DNA from: Candidatus Omnitrophota bacterium
GTDB lineage: Bacteria > Omnitrophota > Gorgyraeia > 1-14-0-20-64-10
Direction: 5' to 3'
Assembly (NCBI GenBank): GCA_023818695.1
Contig: JAMWCF010000001.1
Span: forward strand, 339,306 to 403,305
DNA length: 64,000 bases
Shown here: piece after piece, positions 30,788-39,045 of the stretch
Layout of the letters: each line of letters begins with the position of its first letter
How positions within the stretch are numbered: position 1 is the stretch's first letter
Notes under the pieces: model-generated
Told to the model about the DNA's origin: nothing
Databases searched by the model: none
Seen by the model: only the letters and a program-made list of their open reading frames with translations
Made by a program: the position numbers and the translations under genes

Positions 30788-32887
30788 ATGAAACTGTTTC
30801 CAAGAAAAGCAGGACTCTTTTTACTAGCCATGGCGGTTTTCTCAGCGGCGCCCCTGCTGGCGGCCGAAGAAACGACCTCGCTCCAAGAGGTGACGGTGTC
30901 GGCTCCAAAGGAAAGCGGCTCTCCCTTACCGGATGTCGAGGGAGCCAGGATTTACGCCGGCAAGAAAACGACGGTCGCCTATCTGCAGAACGTTCCCCAG
31001 ATACAGGCCAACAACTACCGCCAAGGATTCGCCCAGATGCCGGGTCTTCTGGTGGCCGAGCAGTACGCTCCGAGCCACGCAAATCTCAACTACCGGGGGG
31101 TGGGAGACCCCCATGAGACGGAATACCTGCTGGTCATGAAGGACGGCATCCCAATCGTATCGGACTGGTTCGGCTATTCGACTCTCTACTATTCACCGCC
31201 TCTTGAGTCAATCGAAAGGATTGAATTTATCCGGGGCGGTTCCTCCCTTCTTTATGGTCCCCAACCGGGTCCGGTGTTAAACTACGTCACCTCCCTGCCT
31301 CCGGAGGACCGGATCCTGACCGGCAGCACTCAGCACATCATGGGATCGAACGGGCTGTACGCCACCTTCCATTCCTTCGGGGGAACTCGGAATTCTTTCG
31401 GCTATTCTGGACACTTCAACCACAGGCAGGCGAATGGCCCAAGAGAAAACTCCGACTACTCGGTCTTTTCGGGCAACCTCAAAGGACTCTACCGAACTTC
31501 GAACGGTTCCCGGATCGTCCTCAACGCCGATATCTACCGGTCCGAGAGCGGCGAAGCGGGCCGCCTTACCCAAGCCCAATACACCGCCAACCGGAACCTC
31601 ACCCGGACATCGAACGACCGGATATGGATCGAACGATACGTCCCCAGCATATCCCTGGAGAAAGATCTTTCCGAGGAGACTCTCCTGACGGTCAAATCCT
31701 GGGGCGGCTATCAGGACCGGTTCAGCCGGCGACAGACCGGTTCAGCAACCAATCTCGACAGGCAGGAGTTCAACTTCTTCGGAACGGATGCGCGACTCCG
31801 CCATACCTGGGAGGGCTGGGGGAATACCCACACGGCGACCGGCGGGTTCGTGGTCTACACATCCGACAGCCCCCGATCCCGTGAGCGGGGGGTCTCGCCG
31901 CAGACGACTTCCGGCATTGCGCAATTCGACCTGGACAGAAACACCAACTACGGTGCGTTGTTCTTTGAAAACGCGTTCAAATTCGGCCGCTTGGGCGTCG
32001 TACCCGCTTTCCGGGTGGACATCGTGAATGTCTCTGTCGAAGAGCTCTTTAACACAACCGTCAACCGGTCCCTCATCAACACGTCCGACTTTTCAGCGGT
32101 CCCACTCGGGGCATTGGGAGCGACATTCGATCTGAACGCTGAAAACCAAGTTTATGGCAACGTGTCGCAGGGATACCGGCCAGTCGAGTACGACGATCTG
32201 GCCAACCCGACCAGCAGCACCCAAGCTCCCCCATCGGACCTCAAGGAATCCAGGACGTGGACATACGAAGCCGGCGTCAGGGGTGTGCCAACACCCTGGT
32301 TCCAATACGACACGAGCATCTTTCTGATCGATTACGACAACTTCATCGAGAACCGAACACTCGGATCAGGGAATGTCGAGAGGTCCAACTCGGGCCGGGC
32401 GATTTATAAAGGATGGGAAGCGGCGGCGGAGGCGGACGTGATCGGCTTCTACGACGCGCTGGCCGGTACCGAACACGGGCAGAAGGTCGGCCGGCTGGGG
32501 GTCTTTGGAAACGTTTCGATCTTGGACGCCGAGTTTGTCAGCGGCAGCAACGACGGAAGGGAGCCGGCCTATGCCCCAACCTATCTGCTGCGGTTCGGCG
32601 CCAATTACCGACTCGGCAGCCGGCTGAAGGCCTCCCTCTCAAGCCAGTTCGTGGATGAGCACTTCTGGCAGGACAACAACGCCGCAGGGACCGTTGGGAC
32701 GGACAAGGTAGATTCCTATAAGGTCTGGGACGCAGCCCTGGAGGCGAAGGTTTACAAGGAAACGGTCTCGGTGATCGCGGGGGTGAACAATATTTTCAAC
32801 GAGGATTATTACGCCCGTGTCCGCACAGACGGCATCGACCCGGCCTCGGAGAGGACCGTTTACGCCGGGGTTAAGTTCGAGATCTGA
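30788..32887 (+). CDS. TonB-dependent outer-membrane receptor
   Basis: Signal peptide ...AAPLLAAEE; TonB-box-like LQEVTVSA; plug motifs (IEFIRGGSSLLYG); long beta-barrel with a C-terminal VYAGVKFEI strand. Confidence 0.92.
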   Translation: MKLFPRKAGLFLLAMAVFSAAPLLAAEETTSLQEVTVSAPKESGSPLPDVEGARIYAGKKTTVAYLQNVPQIQANNYRQGFAQMPGLLVAEQYAPSHANLNYRGVGDPHETEYLLVMKDGIPIVSDWFGYSTLYYSPPLESIERIEFIRGGSSLLYGPQPGPVLNYVTSLPPEDRILTGSTQHIMGSNGLYATFHSFGGTRNSFGYSGHFNHRQANGPRENSDYSVFSGNLKGLYRTSNGSRIVLNADIYRSESGEAGRLTQAQYTANRNLTRTSNDRIWIERYVPSISLEKDLSEETLLTVKSWGGYQDRFSRRQTGSATNLDRQEFNFFGTDARLRHTWEGWGNTHTATGGFVVYTSDSPRSRERGVSPQTTSGIAQFDLDRNTNYGALFFENAFKFGRLGVVPAFRVDIVNVSVEELFNTTVNRSLINTSDFSAVPLGALGATFDLNAENQVYGNVSQGYRPVEYDDLANPTSSTQAPPSDLKESRTWTYEAGVRGVPTPWFQYDTSIFLIDYDNFIENRTLGSGNVERSNSGRAIYKGWEAAAEADVIGFYDALAGTEHGQKVGRLGVFGNVSILDAEFVSGSNDGREPAYAPTYLLRFGANYRLGSRLKASLSSQFVDEHFWQDNNAAGTVGTDKVDSYKVWDAALEAKVYKETVSVIAGVNNIFNEDYYARVRTDGIDPASERTVYAGVKFEI

Positions 32888-32914
32888 CAGACTCATGGAA
32901 AAGGGGGGAGATTC

Positions 32915-33526
32915 ATGCTGAAGGATCTTTTCATGAAGGGGGGGCCGGTCATGTGGCCCCTCCTTGTCTCTTCTCTGGTGGCGGTATCCGTGGTGATCGA
33001 ACGGCTGCTCTTCATCGCGCGCGAAAAGAGAAGACGCTCACCGGAGCTGGTGGAACAGATTCTCTCCAGCGCCGAAACCGGGCAGATCGACGAGGCGATT
33101 CGGGCGGGAAAAAACTCCGAAGATTTCGTGGCGCGGACGCTGGTTTACGGGTTGACGCACCGGGAGAAATCGTTCAGCAACGCACTCTTTCGGGCGGCAA
33201 ACCAGGAGCTGAAGCGGTTCAACCAGGGACTGCCGGTCCTCGATACGATCATCACGCTGGCCCCCCTGCTGGGGCTCTTGGGGACGGTGACCGGCATGAT
33301 CCGTTCTTTCGGCCTTCTTGGCAACAGCGCTCTGGAGGCCCCCACCGTCATCACCGGGGGAATCGCCGAAGCGCTGATCGCCACCGCTTTTGGACTGGCC
33401 ATCGCTATCGTTGCACTGATCCCGTTCAATTACCTGAACGCCAGACAGGAAGAGGCACGGCATGAAATCGAAGATGCCTCCACGCACCTGGAGCTGATAC
33501 TGATGGAGGAGCCGGCCAAGCGATGA
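32915..33526 (+). CDS. exbB: MotA/TolQ/ExbB proton-channel protein
   Basis: GGPVMWPLL, LAPLLGLLGTVTGMIRSF, ALIATAFGLAIA. Confidence 0.9.
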   Translation: MLKDLFMKGGPVMWPLLVSSLVAVSVVIERLLFIAREKRRRSPELVEQILSSAETGQIDEAIRAGKNSEDFVARTLVYGLTHREKSFSNALFRAANQELKRFNQGLPVLDTIITLAPLLGLLGTVTGMIRSFGLLGNSALEAPTVITGGIAEALIATAFGLAIAIVALIPFNYLNARQEEARHEIEDASTHLELILMEEPAKR

Positions 33527-33948
33527 GACTCTCCGCCGGGGCTGCCAGACGCCGAGCCCGGATCGAGATCATCCCCCTGATCGATGTGGTCTTTTTTCTC
33601 CTGGCGACTTTCGTCATGGTTTCCCTGTCGATGGTGAAAAACCAGGGAATTCAGGTCCGTCTGCCCAGAGCGTCAACCGGGACCCCCCAAGATCGCAGCG
33701 AACCGGTGACCATCACCGTCACCGACACCGATGAACTGTATCTCAATTCGCAGCCGATCGGACTTCAGGACCTGGCCCCCGAGCTGGAGCGGCGTCGGAT
33801 CCACTCCCCGGCGCTAAGCGTCTTCATCCACGGAGACGAAGAGGCCGCTTTCGGCAGAGCCATTCGGGTTTTAGATGAGGTGCGGAAGGTCGGGATCACT
33901 CAAGTGGCCATCCAAACGCAAGGGAAGTCTCCGAAGGGGGACCGTTAG
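33523..33948 (+). CDS. exbD: ExbD/TolR biopolymer transport protein
   Basis: IEIIPLIDVVFFLLATFVM TM segment, periplasmic domain; ATGA overlap with exbB. Confidence 0.9.
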   Translation: MRLSAGAARRRARIEIIPLIDVVFFLLATFVMVSLSMVKNQGIQVRLPRASTGTPQDRSEPVTITVTDTDELYLNSQPIGLQDLAPELERRRIHSPALSVFIHGDEEAAFGRAIRVLDEVRKVGITQVAIQTQGKSPKGDR

Positions 33949-33949
33949 A

Positions 33950-34636
33950 ATGCACCACCTTTGGGCCGTTCATGGGGACAGGATCACGGCGATTCTTCTT
34001 TCAGGGCTAATCCATCTGACCGCCTTCTGGACCGGCGGGAAAATATTCCTTCAGCCGGCCCAATACGGGGTAGAAACCGGCTACGGCGGAATAGAGATCC
34101 AGTTGGTGGCGGCCCTGCCTGAAACTTCCGCGCCGCCGGAAGCGCCCGTTGTGGGCGAAACCCCGCCAATACCAGCCGGAAGGAATCCGGAGGAGATCCA
34201 GATCCCTTCACAAGAAACGGCCCTTCGCGGACCCGAAGTAAAACCGGCTCCCGGGAAGACACAAACCGCCGGCGATGGGTCTTCTCCGGTTCCCGGCAAC
34301 GATCCGACCACTTATTATTCGCCGGGCGGGGCCAGGATCAGGAACCTGCTCCGCTCTCTCCGAAACCCGGCCCCCGCCTATCCCGAGCGGGCCCGGCAAC
34401 TCAACCAAGAGGGACTGGTCGTAGTACGCGTTCAGGTGGACAAGCGGGGCCTGGCCTCTCGGGTGGAGATCAAGCGCAGTTCCGGGTTTCCTCTCCTGGA
34501 TGATTCGGCGGTCAGAACGATTCGCCGATGGAAATTTATACCGGCCCATATGGGTCCGGTCGCTAAAGAATCGACCGTGGAAATCCCGGTCCGATTCGTT
34601 CTGGACAACCGAGAGAAATTCGGCAAACAAGAGTAA
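33950..34636 (+). CDS. tonB: TonB-family energy transducer
   Basis: N-terminal TM, Pro-rich spacer (PETSAPPEAPVVGETPPIP), C-terminal YPERARQLNQEGLVVVRVQVDKRG...GFPLLDDSA. ATG 33950 is 2 nt after the exbD stop. Confidence 0.85.
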   Translation: MHHLWAVHGDRITAILLSGLIHLTAFWTGGKIFLQPAQYGVETGYGGIEIQLVAALPETSAPPEAPVVGETPPIPAGRNPEEIQIPSQETALRGPEVKPAPGKTQTAGDGSSPVPGNDPTTYYSPGGARIRNLLRSLRNPAPAYPERARQLNQEGLVVVRVQVDKRGLASRVEIKRSSGFPLLDDSAVRTIRRWKFIPAHMGPVAKESTVEIPVRFVLDNREKFGKQE

Positions 34637-34650
34637 AAAGGAAACGCGCC

Positions 34651-35580
34651 ATGAAAAAAATCATCGTTGGATCCGCTATTGGGACCGCAGGGCTGCTGGT
34701 TCTCTGCTCTCTTCAAACGCCTCCGGAGGCGGCAGCGGAGAAACTGGTAATCGCCGTCCAGCCGACTTCCACACCCGAGCAGCTGACCGCGCAGGCAACC
34801 GAGCTGGAGCAGTTCCTTGAGCGGGAAACCGGCATGGCTGTGGAAATCCGCTTTCCGACCAACTACGCCGGCGTCGTGGAGGCATTGCGGTTCGGCCACG
34901 CCCAAGCCGCCTTTATGAGCGCCTGGCCGGCGGCTCTAGCCGGCCAGCAAGCCGGCGCAGAAATCGTCCTGGCGGAGGTACGCGAGGTTACCATCGGCAG
35001 CGAGAAAACAGAAGCGCCATATTATTACTCTTATTGGGTCGTCCCCCGGGAAAGCCCGGTCCAAAAGCTGTCCGATCTGCAAGGCAAACGGGCCGCCTTT
35101 CCGAATCCCTTGTCCACATCGGGATATGTGGCTCCTCTAGCAAGGATGGTTGAACTCAAACTGATCGATAAGGGCAAGCAGGAAGCCGATCCGAAAAACT
35201 TCTTCGGCGATGTTCTCTTCTCCGGCGGATACGCCCAGGCATGGGCGGCCTTGAGGGGAGGCCAGGCGGATGTCTCCATCATTGCAGGAGACGTGCCGGA
35301 ATCCCTCTACAGGGAGGTTCTGGCGTCAACCCGCGTCATTGAAACGCAGGGGCCGATCCCTTCCCATGCCGTTGTCTTCAGCCGAAATTTCGAAGGGGCT
35401 GCCCGCCAAAAACTGCTGGACGCCCTGCTGAAACTCAACGAGCCAGGCAAGAGGGAATTAATGAGGAAGTTCGTTTCGGGACTATTCGTCCGGTTCGAGC
35501 CGACCGACACGGAAAAACACTTGGGCTCTTTGAACAATTATCTCAAGTTGACGGGGCTTTCTTTTTCGGAGAAAAAGTAG
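34651..35580 (+). CDS. PhnD-type (phosphonate/phosphite-family) ABC substrate-binding protein
   Basis: Signal peptide; LVIAVQPTSTPEQL, NYAGVVEALRFGHAQAAFMS, LSDLQGKRAAFPNPLSTSGY, GGQADVS. Confidence 0.8.
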   Translation: MKKIIVGSAIGTAGLLVLCSLQTPPEAAAEKLVIAVQPTSTPEQLTAQATELEQFLERETGMAVEIRFPTNYAGVVEALRFGHAQAAFMSAWPAALAGQQAGAEIVLAEVREVTIGSEKTEAPYYYSYWVVPRESPVQKLSDLQGKRAAFPNPLSTSGYVAPLARMVELKLIDKGKQEADPKNFFGDVLFSGGYAQAWAALRGGQADVSIIAGDVPESLYREVLASTRVIETQGPIPSHAVVFSRNFEGAARQKLLDALLKLNEPGKRELMRKFVSGLFVRFEPTDTEKHLGSLNNYLKLTGLSFSEKK

Positions 35581-35586
35581 CGCGCC

Positions 35587-36345
35587 ATGCTGAAAACAGC
35601 TGGACTGGATACTCATGCCGCGAACCTGTACAATCCCTGTCTGATCGCCAGAGACGTCTGGTTTTCGTACGACGGCCACACCCATATCCTGAAGGGAATC
35701 AACCTGATGGTCGAACGGGGGATCATGACGATGATCCTGGGACGCAGCGGCAGCGGGAAAACAACGCTTTTACGGCTCTTGAAAGGCTTGCTGCACCCCC
35801 AGAAGGGAAGCGTGGAAGTCCGTTTTTCCGCCGCGGGCCGAATCCCGGATAGAATCATCGCCTACGTTCCGCAGCATCTGGGTCTTGTGAGAAACCTGAC
35901 CGCTGTGGAGAACGTTCTGATCGGCTGCCTCTCTTCCATCGGCACCATCCGGTCCATCCTGCGGGCATTCCCAAAAACAGCCATCGAGGAAGCCCAGGAA
36001 ATCCTCCGAGAACTTGGCCTGAGCCATAAAATGGACGAACCGGTATCCGCATTGAGCGGAGGTCAGCGACAGCGAGTCGCCATCGCCAGAGCTCTTATGC
36101 TTAAACCGGAGATGATCCTGGCAGATGAATTCGTCTCCCAGCTCGACCCGGTGACCACCCGTGAAATGTTCGTGATCATGCACCGGTTCACTAAGAGGGG
36201 AGTGGGGTTTCTGATGACCACACACGAAACCGATCTGGTGGCAGATTATGCCGACCGGATCGTGATCATGAAGGAGGGAGTGATCACTTATGAAGGGCAG
36301 CAGGGCGGCCTCTCCGAGCCGGAAATGATCGAACTCCTCGGATGA
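35587..36345 (+). CDS. PhnC-type ABC ATP-binding protein
   Basis: Walker A GRSGSGKTT, LSGGQRQRVAIARAL, Walker B ILADEFVSQLD. Confidence 0.88.
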   Translation: MLKTAGLDTHAANLYNPCLIARDVWFSYDGHTHILKGINLMVERGIMTMILGRSGSGKTTLLRLLKGLLHPQKGSVEVRFSAAGRIPDRIIAYVPQHLGLVRNLTAVENVLIGCLSSIGTIRSILRAFPKTAIEEAQEILRELGLSHKMDEPVSALSGGQRQRVAIARALMLKPEMILADEFVSQLDPVTTREMFVIMHRFTKRGVGFLMTTHETDLVADYADRIVIMKEGVITYEGQQGGLSEPEMIELLG

Positions 36346-37139
36346 ACAAAAGCAAAACTGTGAAAAGATTGACGGTCCGGAGGTTCGTCATTCTGGCACT
36401 GCTGATTCTGATCACCATCGGGCTGTGGCACATCGGTCTGCTCGACGTCGCCCAGTGGAGTCTGGCGGCTGGACGCCTGCGCGAATTCTCCTGTGGACTC
36501 TTCCCTCCCCAGCTCAACTCTCTGCCGACACTAGCCGGCGCAATGATTGAGACGGTGGAAATCGCTTTCTTGGGGACCATGCTGGGGTTCTTCGCGGCCC
36601 TGCCGATCGCTTTTCTGGCAAGCACAATCTTTTCCGGAACGGCTGTTGCCTATGCCGTCCGGCTGATGATTGGTGCCGTCCGGACCGTTCCATCCATCCT
36701 GTGGGGCATCATTTTCGTGGTCGCTTTCGGCCTGGGCCCTGCCGCCGGCACCATCGGCGTGGCCTTCTACACGCTGGGCTATCTGGGGAAATTGTATTAT
36801 GAGGTGTTCGAAGGGGTCGACGCGGAGGTTCTCGAGGCGGTCCGTGGCGTTGGATGCAGCCGGCTGCAGCTGATGCTCTACGCCGTCCTGCCGGAGTCGG
36901 CCAATGCCATCTTAAGCCAGCTCCTTTTCATGTTCGAATACAACATCCGGGCCTCGGCCATCATGGGATTCGTGGGAGCCGGCGGCATTGGTTACTATCT
37001 CTTGGGATATGTCCAGATGCTCCAATATCGAAATCTCTTGACTGCTTTGCTGTTGACCTTTGTGGTCGTCATGGCGGTGGATTGCCTAAGCAGGAAACTG
37101 CGGACAGCCATCCTCCCGGCAAACCCGATCACGTCATAA
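36342..37139 (+). CDS. PhnE-type ABC permease
   Basis: MIETVEIAFLGTMLGFFAALPIAFLAS, EAVRGVGCSRLQ (EAA-like loop), about 6 TM segments; ATGA overlap. Confidence 0.85.
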   Translation: MNKSKTVKRLTVRRFVILALLILITIGLWHIGLLDVAQWSLAAGRLREFSCGLFPPQLNSLPTLAGAMIETVEIAFLGTMLGFFAALPIAFLASTIFSGTAVAYAVRLMIGAVRTVPSILWGIIFVVAFGLGPAAGTIGVAFYTLGYLGKLYYEVFEGVDAEVLEAVRGVGCSRLQLMLYAVLPESANAILSQLLFMFEYNIRASAIMGFVGAGGIGYYLLGYVQMLQYRNLLTALLLTFVVVMAVDCLSRKLRTAILPANPITS

Positions 37140-37154
37140 GATGGAAATGTCGCC

Positions 37155-37583
37155 ATGATCCGTGCACCTTACCGATCGATTGCACGTCGGCTCCTTTGGA
37201 TAGCAGCCGGGTTGACCGCCATCGGCGCTGCCGCTCCCCTCCACGCGGACGAAGAGCACCAACCCCGGCATGGGGGATATTTCGGTGATGCAGATGATCT
37301 TTACCATTATGAGCTTCTGCGCGAAAATGGGGGCGTCCTTATCCTCTACGTGAACGACGAGGAGAACGCTCCGCTGGACACCAAGAAACTGCGGAGCCGA
37401 TGGATCGCCAACGGCGGTTCACTGCAAACGAAACAAGGAGAATTCCTGCCGGAGGCGGACGGGTCCAGATTCGTCGCGACAATCCCTGATGCCACCGATG
37501 CGCAGCCGCTCGACGTCATTGTCGCTGTGGAAAAAGAAGGGGTCTGGGCGGAGATGGAGTTTTCACTGCCGCCAGTCTCTTAA
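37155..37583 (+). CDS. Secreted protein of unknown function with His/acidic-rich mature N-terminus
   Basis: Signal peptide RRLLWIAAGLTAIGAAAPLHA, then DEEHQPRHGGYFGDADDLYHYE; no family recognised. Confidence 0.6.
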   Translation: MIRAPYRSIARRLLWIAAGLTAIGAAAPLHADEEHQPRHGGYFGDADDLYHYELLRENGGVLILYVNDEENAPLDTKKLRSRWIANGGSLQTKQGEFLPEADGSRFVATIPDATDAQPLDVIVAVEKEGVWAEMEFSLPPVS

Positions 37584-37606
37584 TCAACCTTGAAAGGAGG
37601 GACACA

Positions 37607-38086
37607 ATGGGTAAGAAAGGCCGTGAAATCATCGAGATCGACATCAAACCGATTCTGTCGGCTCTGCGCTCCGCCTATGCCGACGAGTGGATGGCGCATT
37701 ACAACTATCTCCATGCCGCCCAGATTGCTACGGGTCTCAATGCCCCGCAGGTGGCCTCCATGCTCAAGGCCCGATCCGCCGATGAGTTGACCCACTCCAC
37801 CCTCATCGGGGAGCGGATCCTGGAGCTGGGGGGCACCCTGCCTGCCGACTGGTCTGACATTCCAAAGCTGGCAAATTCGAGAAAGTTTGATCTGCCAAAA
37901 TCGGCCTCGGACCTCAAAGGGATACTCAAAGCAGTCCTGAAGGCGGAGCGGGAGGCGATCGACGTCTACAAGAAACTGTTAGCCATTACACTTCATAAGG
38001 ATACCGTCACCCACGAACTGGCGGAGGAGCTCCTGGCCGATGAAGTCAGGGACGAGGAGGAGACGGAGAACCTGATTGGAGAGTAA
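37607..38086 (+). CDS. Ferritin-like four-helix-bundle protein (Dps-like / bacterioferritin-related)
   Basis: RBS AAAGGAGGG. Ferritin-like ligand patterns DEWMAHY, DELTHS, LKAEREAIDVY, ELAEELLADEVRDEEE. Confidence 0.75.
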   Translation: MGKKGREIIEIDIKPILSALRSAYADEWMAHYNYLHAAQIATGLNAPQVASMLKARSADELTHSTLIGERILELGGTLPADWSDIPKLANSRKFDLPKSASDLKGILKAVLKAEREAIDVYKKLLAITLHKDTVTHELAEELLADEVRDEEETENLIGE

Positions 38087-38101
38087 AGCAAAGAAAATCG
38101 C

Positions 38102-38129
38102 TTGAAAACGGGTTAAATTCGGATAGAAT
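38102..38129 (+). promoter_or_regulatory. Candidate sigma70 promoter for rplM-rpsI
   Basis: TTGAAA (38102-38107), 16 nt, TAGAAT (38124-38129). It ends only 11 nt before ATG 38141. Confidence 0.4.
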
Positions 38130-38140
38130 ATGGGTTTCCG

Positions 38141-38593
38141 ATGATGAATCCAAAGACATTTACAGTAAAGCACGACGATGTGCCAAGACAGTGGCACCTG
38201 ATCGATGCGGAAGGTCAGGTCCTCGGCCGACTCGCCGTCCGGGTGGCTGGTCTCCTGCGGGGCAAGCATAAGCCGGTCTTCACCCCTTTTGTCGACTGCG
38301 GAGACAATGTGGTGGTGATCAACGCCGGAAAGATTCGGGTGACCGGAAACAAGCTGACGACAAAGGTCTACACCCGGTACAGCGGCTATCCCAGCGGACT
38401 GAAAAAAGAGTCTCTGGGGCATCTGCTGAACAGACAGCCGACGGAGGCCCTTCACAGGGCGGTGGTCGGCATGCTGCCTAAGAATCCTTTGGGCCGGCGT
38501 TTGGCGAAACGGCTGCGGGTCTATGCCGGTCCAGAGCACCGCCAGGCGGCGCAGCTCCACAAAAAAGAGAAGAGGACGAAACCCACTTCGTAA
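38141..38593 (+). CDS. rplM: 50S ribosomal protein L13
   Basis: [44 protein letters not shown]-like. Confidence 0.97.
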   Translation: MMNPKTFTVKHDDVPRQWHLIDAEGQVLGRLAVRVAGLLRGKHKPVFTPFVDCGDNVVVINAGKIRVTGNKLTTKVYTRYSGYPSGLKKESLGHLLNRQPTEALHRAVVGMLPKNPLGRRLAKRLRVYAGPEHRQAAQLHKKEKRTKPTS

Positions 38594-38600
38594 AAAAGAG

Positions 38601-38978
38601 ATGCTGATCACGGGAAAAAGAAAAGAGGCGGTCGCGAAAGTCAACCTGAAGCCGGGGACGGGCAAAATCACCGTCAATGGCCGGCCGATGGAAGCGTACT
38701 TCCCGCGGCTGTCTCTGCAAACGTTGGTTCGCGAACCACTTATCGCGACCCAGACGGCCGAACGGCTGGATTGCGTGGCACGGGTTTCCGGCGGCGGAAT
38801 CGCCGGACAAGCAGGCGCCCTGCGGCATGGTGTGGCCAAAGCGCTGTGCGTTGTTGACGAAGCCCTTCGGCCGACGCTGCGGAAATCCGGCTTTCTCACC
38901 AGAGACTCCAGAGTCCGTGAGAGGAAGAAGTACGGCCAAAAGGGTGCGCGGAAGCGGTTCCAGTGGACGAAGCGTTAA
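38601..38978 (+). CDS. rpsI: 30S ribosomal protein S9
   Basis: GKRKEAVAKV, GGGIAGQAGALRHGVAKAL, C-terminal RKKYGQKGARKRFQWTKR. ATG 38601 was chosen because the longer ORF overlaps rplM. Confidence 0.95.
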   Translation: MLITGKRKEAVAKVNLKPGTGKITVNGRPMEAYFPRLSLQTLVREPLIATQTAERLDCVARVSGGGIAGQAGALRHGVAKALCVVDEALRPTLRKSGFLTRDSRVRERKKYGQKGARKRFQWTKR

Positions 38979-38987
38979 CTTCACCTT

Positions 38988-39030
38988 AGGACCTATCCCT
39001 GCACCAGAAACAGGATAGGTCCTTTTTCTT
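38988..39030 (+). terminator. Rho-independent terminator after rpsI
   Basis: Perfect 11-bp stem AGGACCTATCC / GGATAGGTCCT (38988-38998 and 39013-39023) followed by TTTTCTTT. Confidence 0.8.
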
Positions 39031-39045
39031 TCTCATGGAGCTGTT

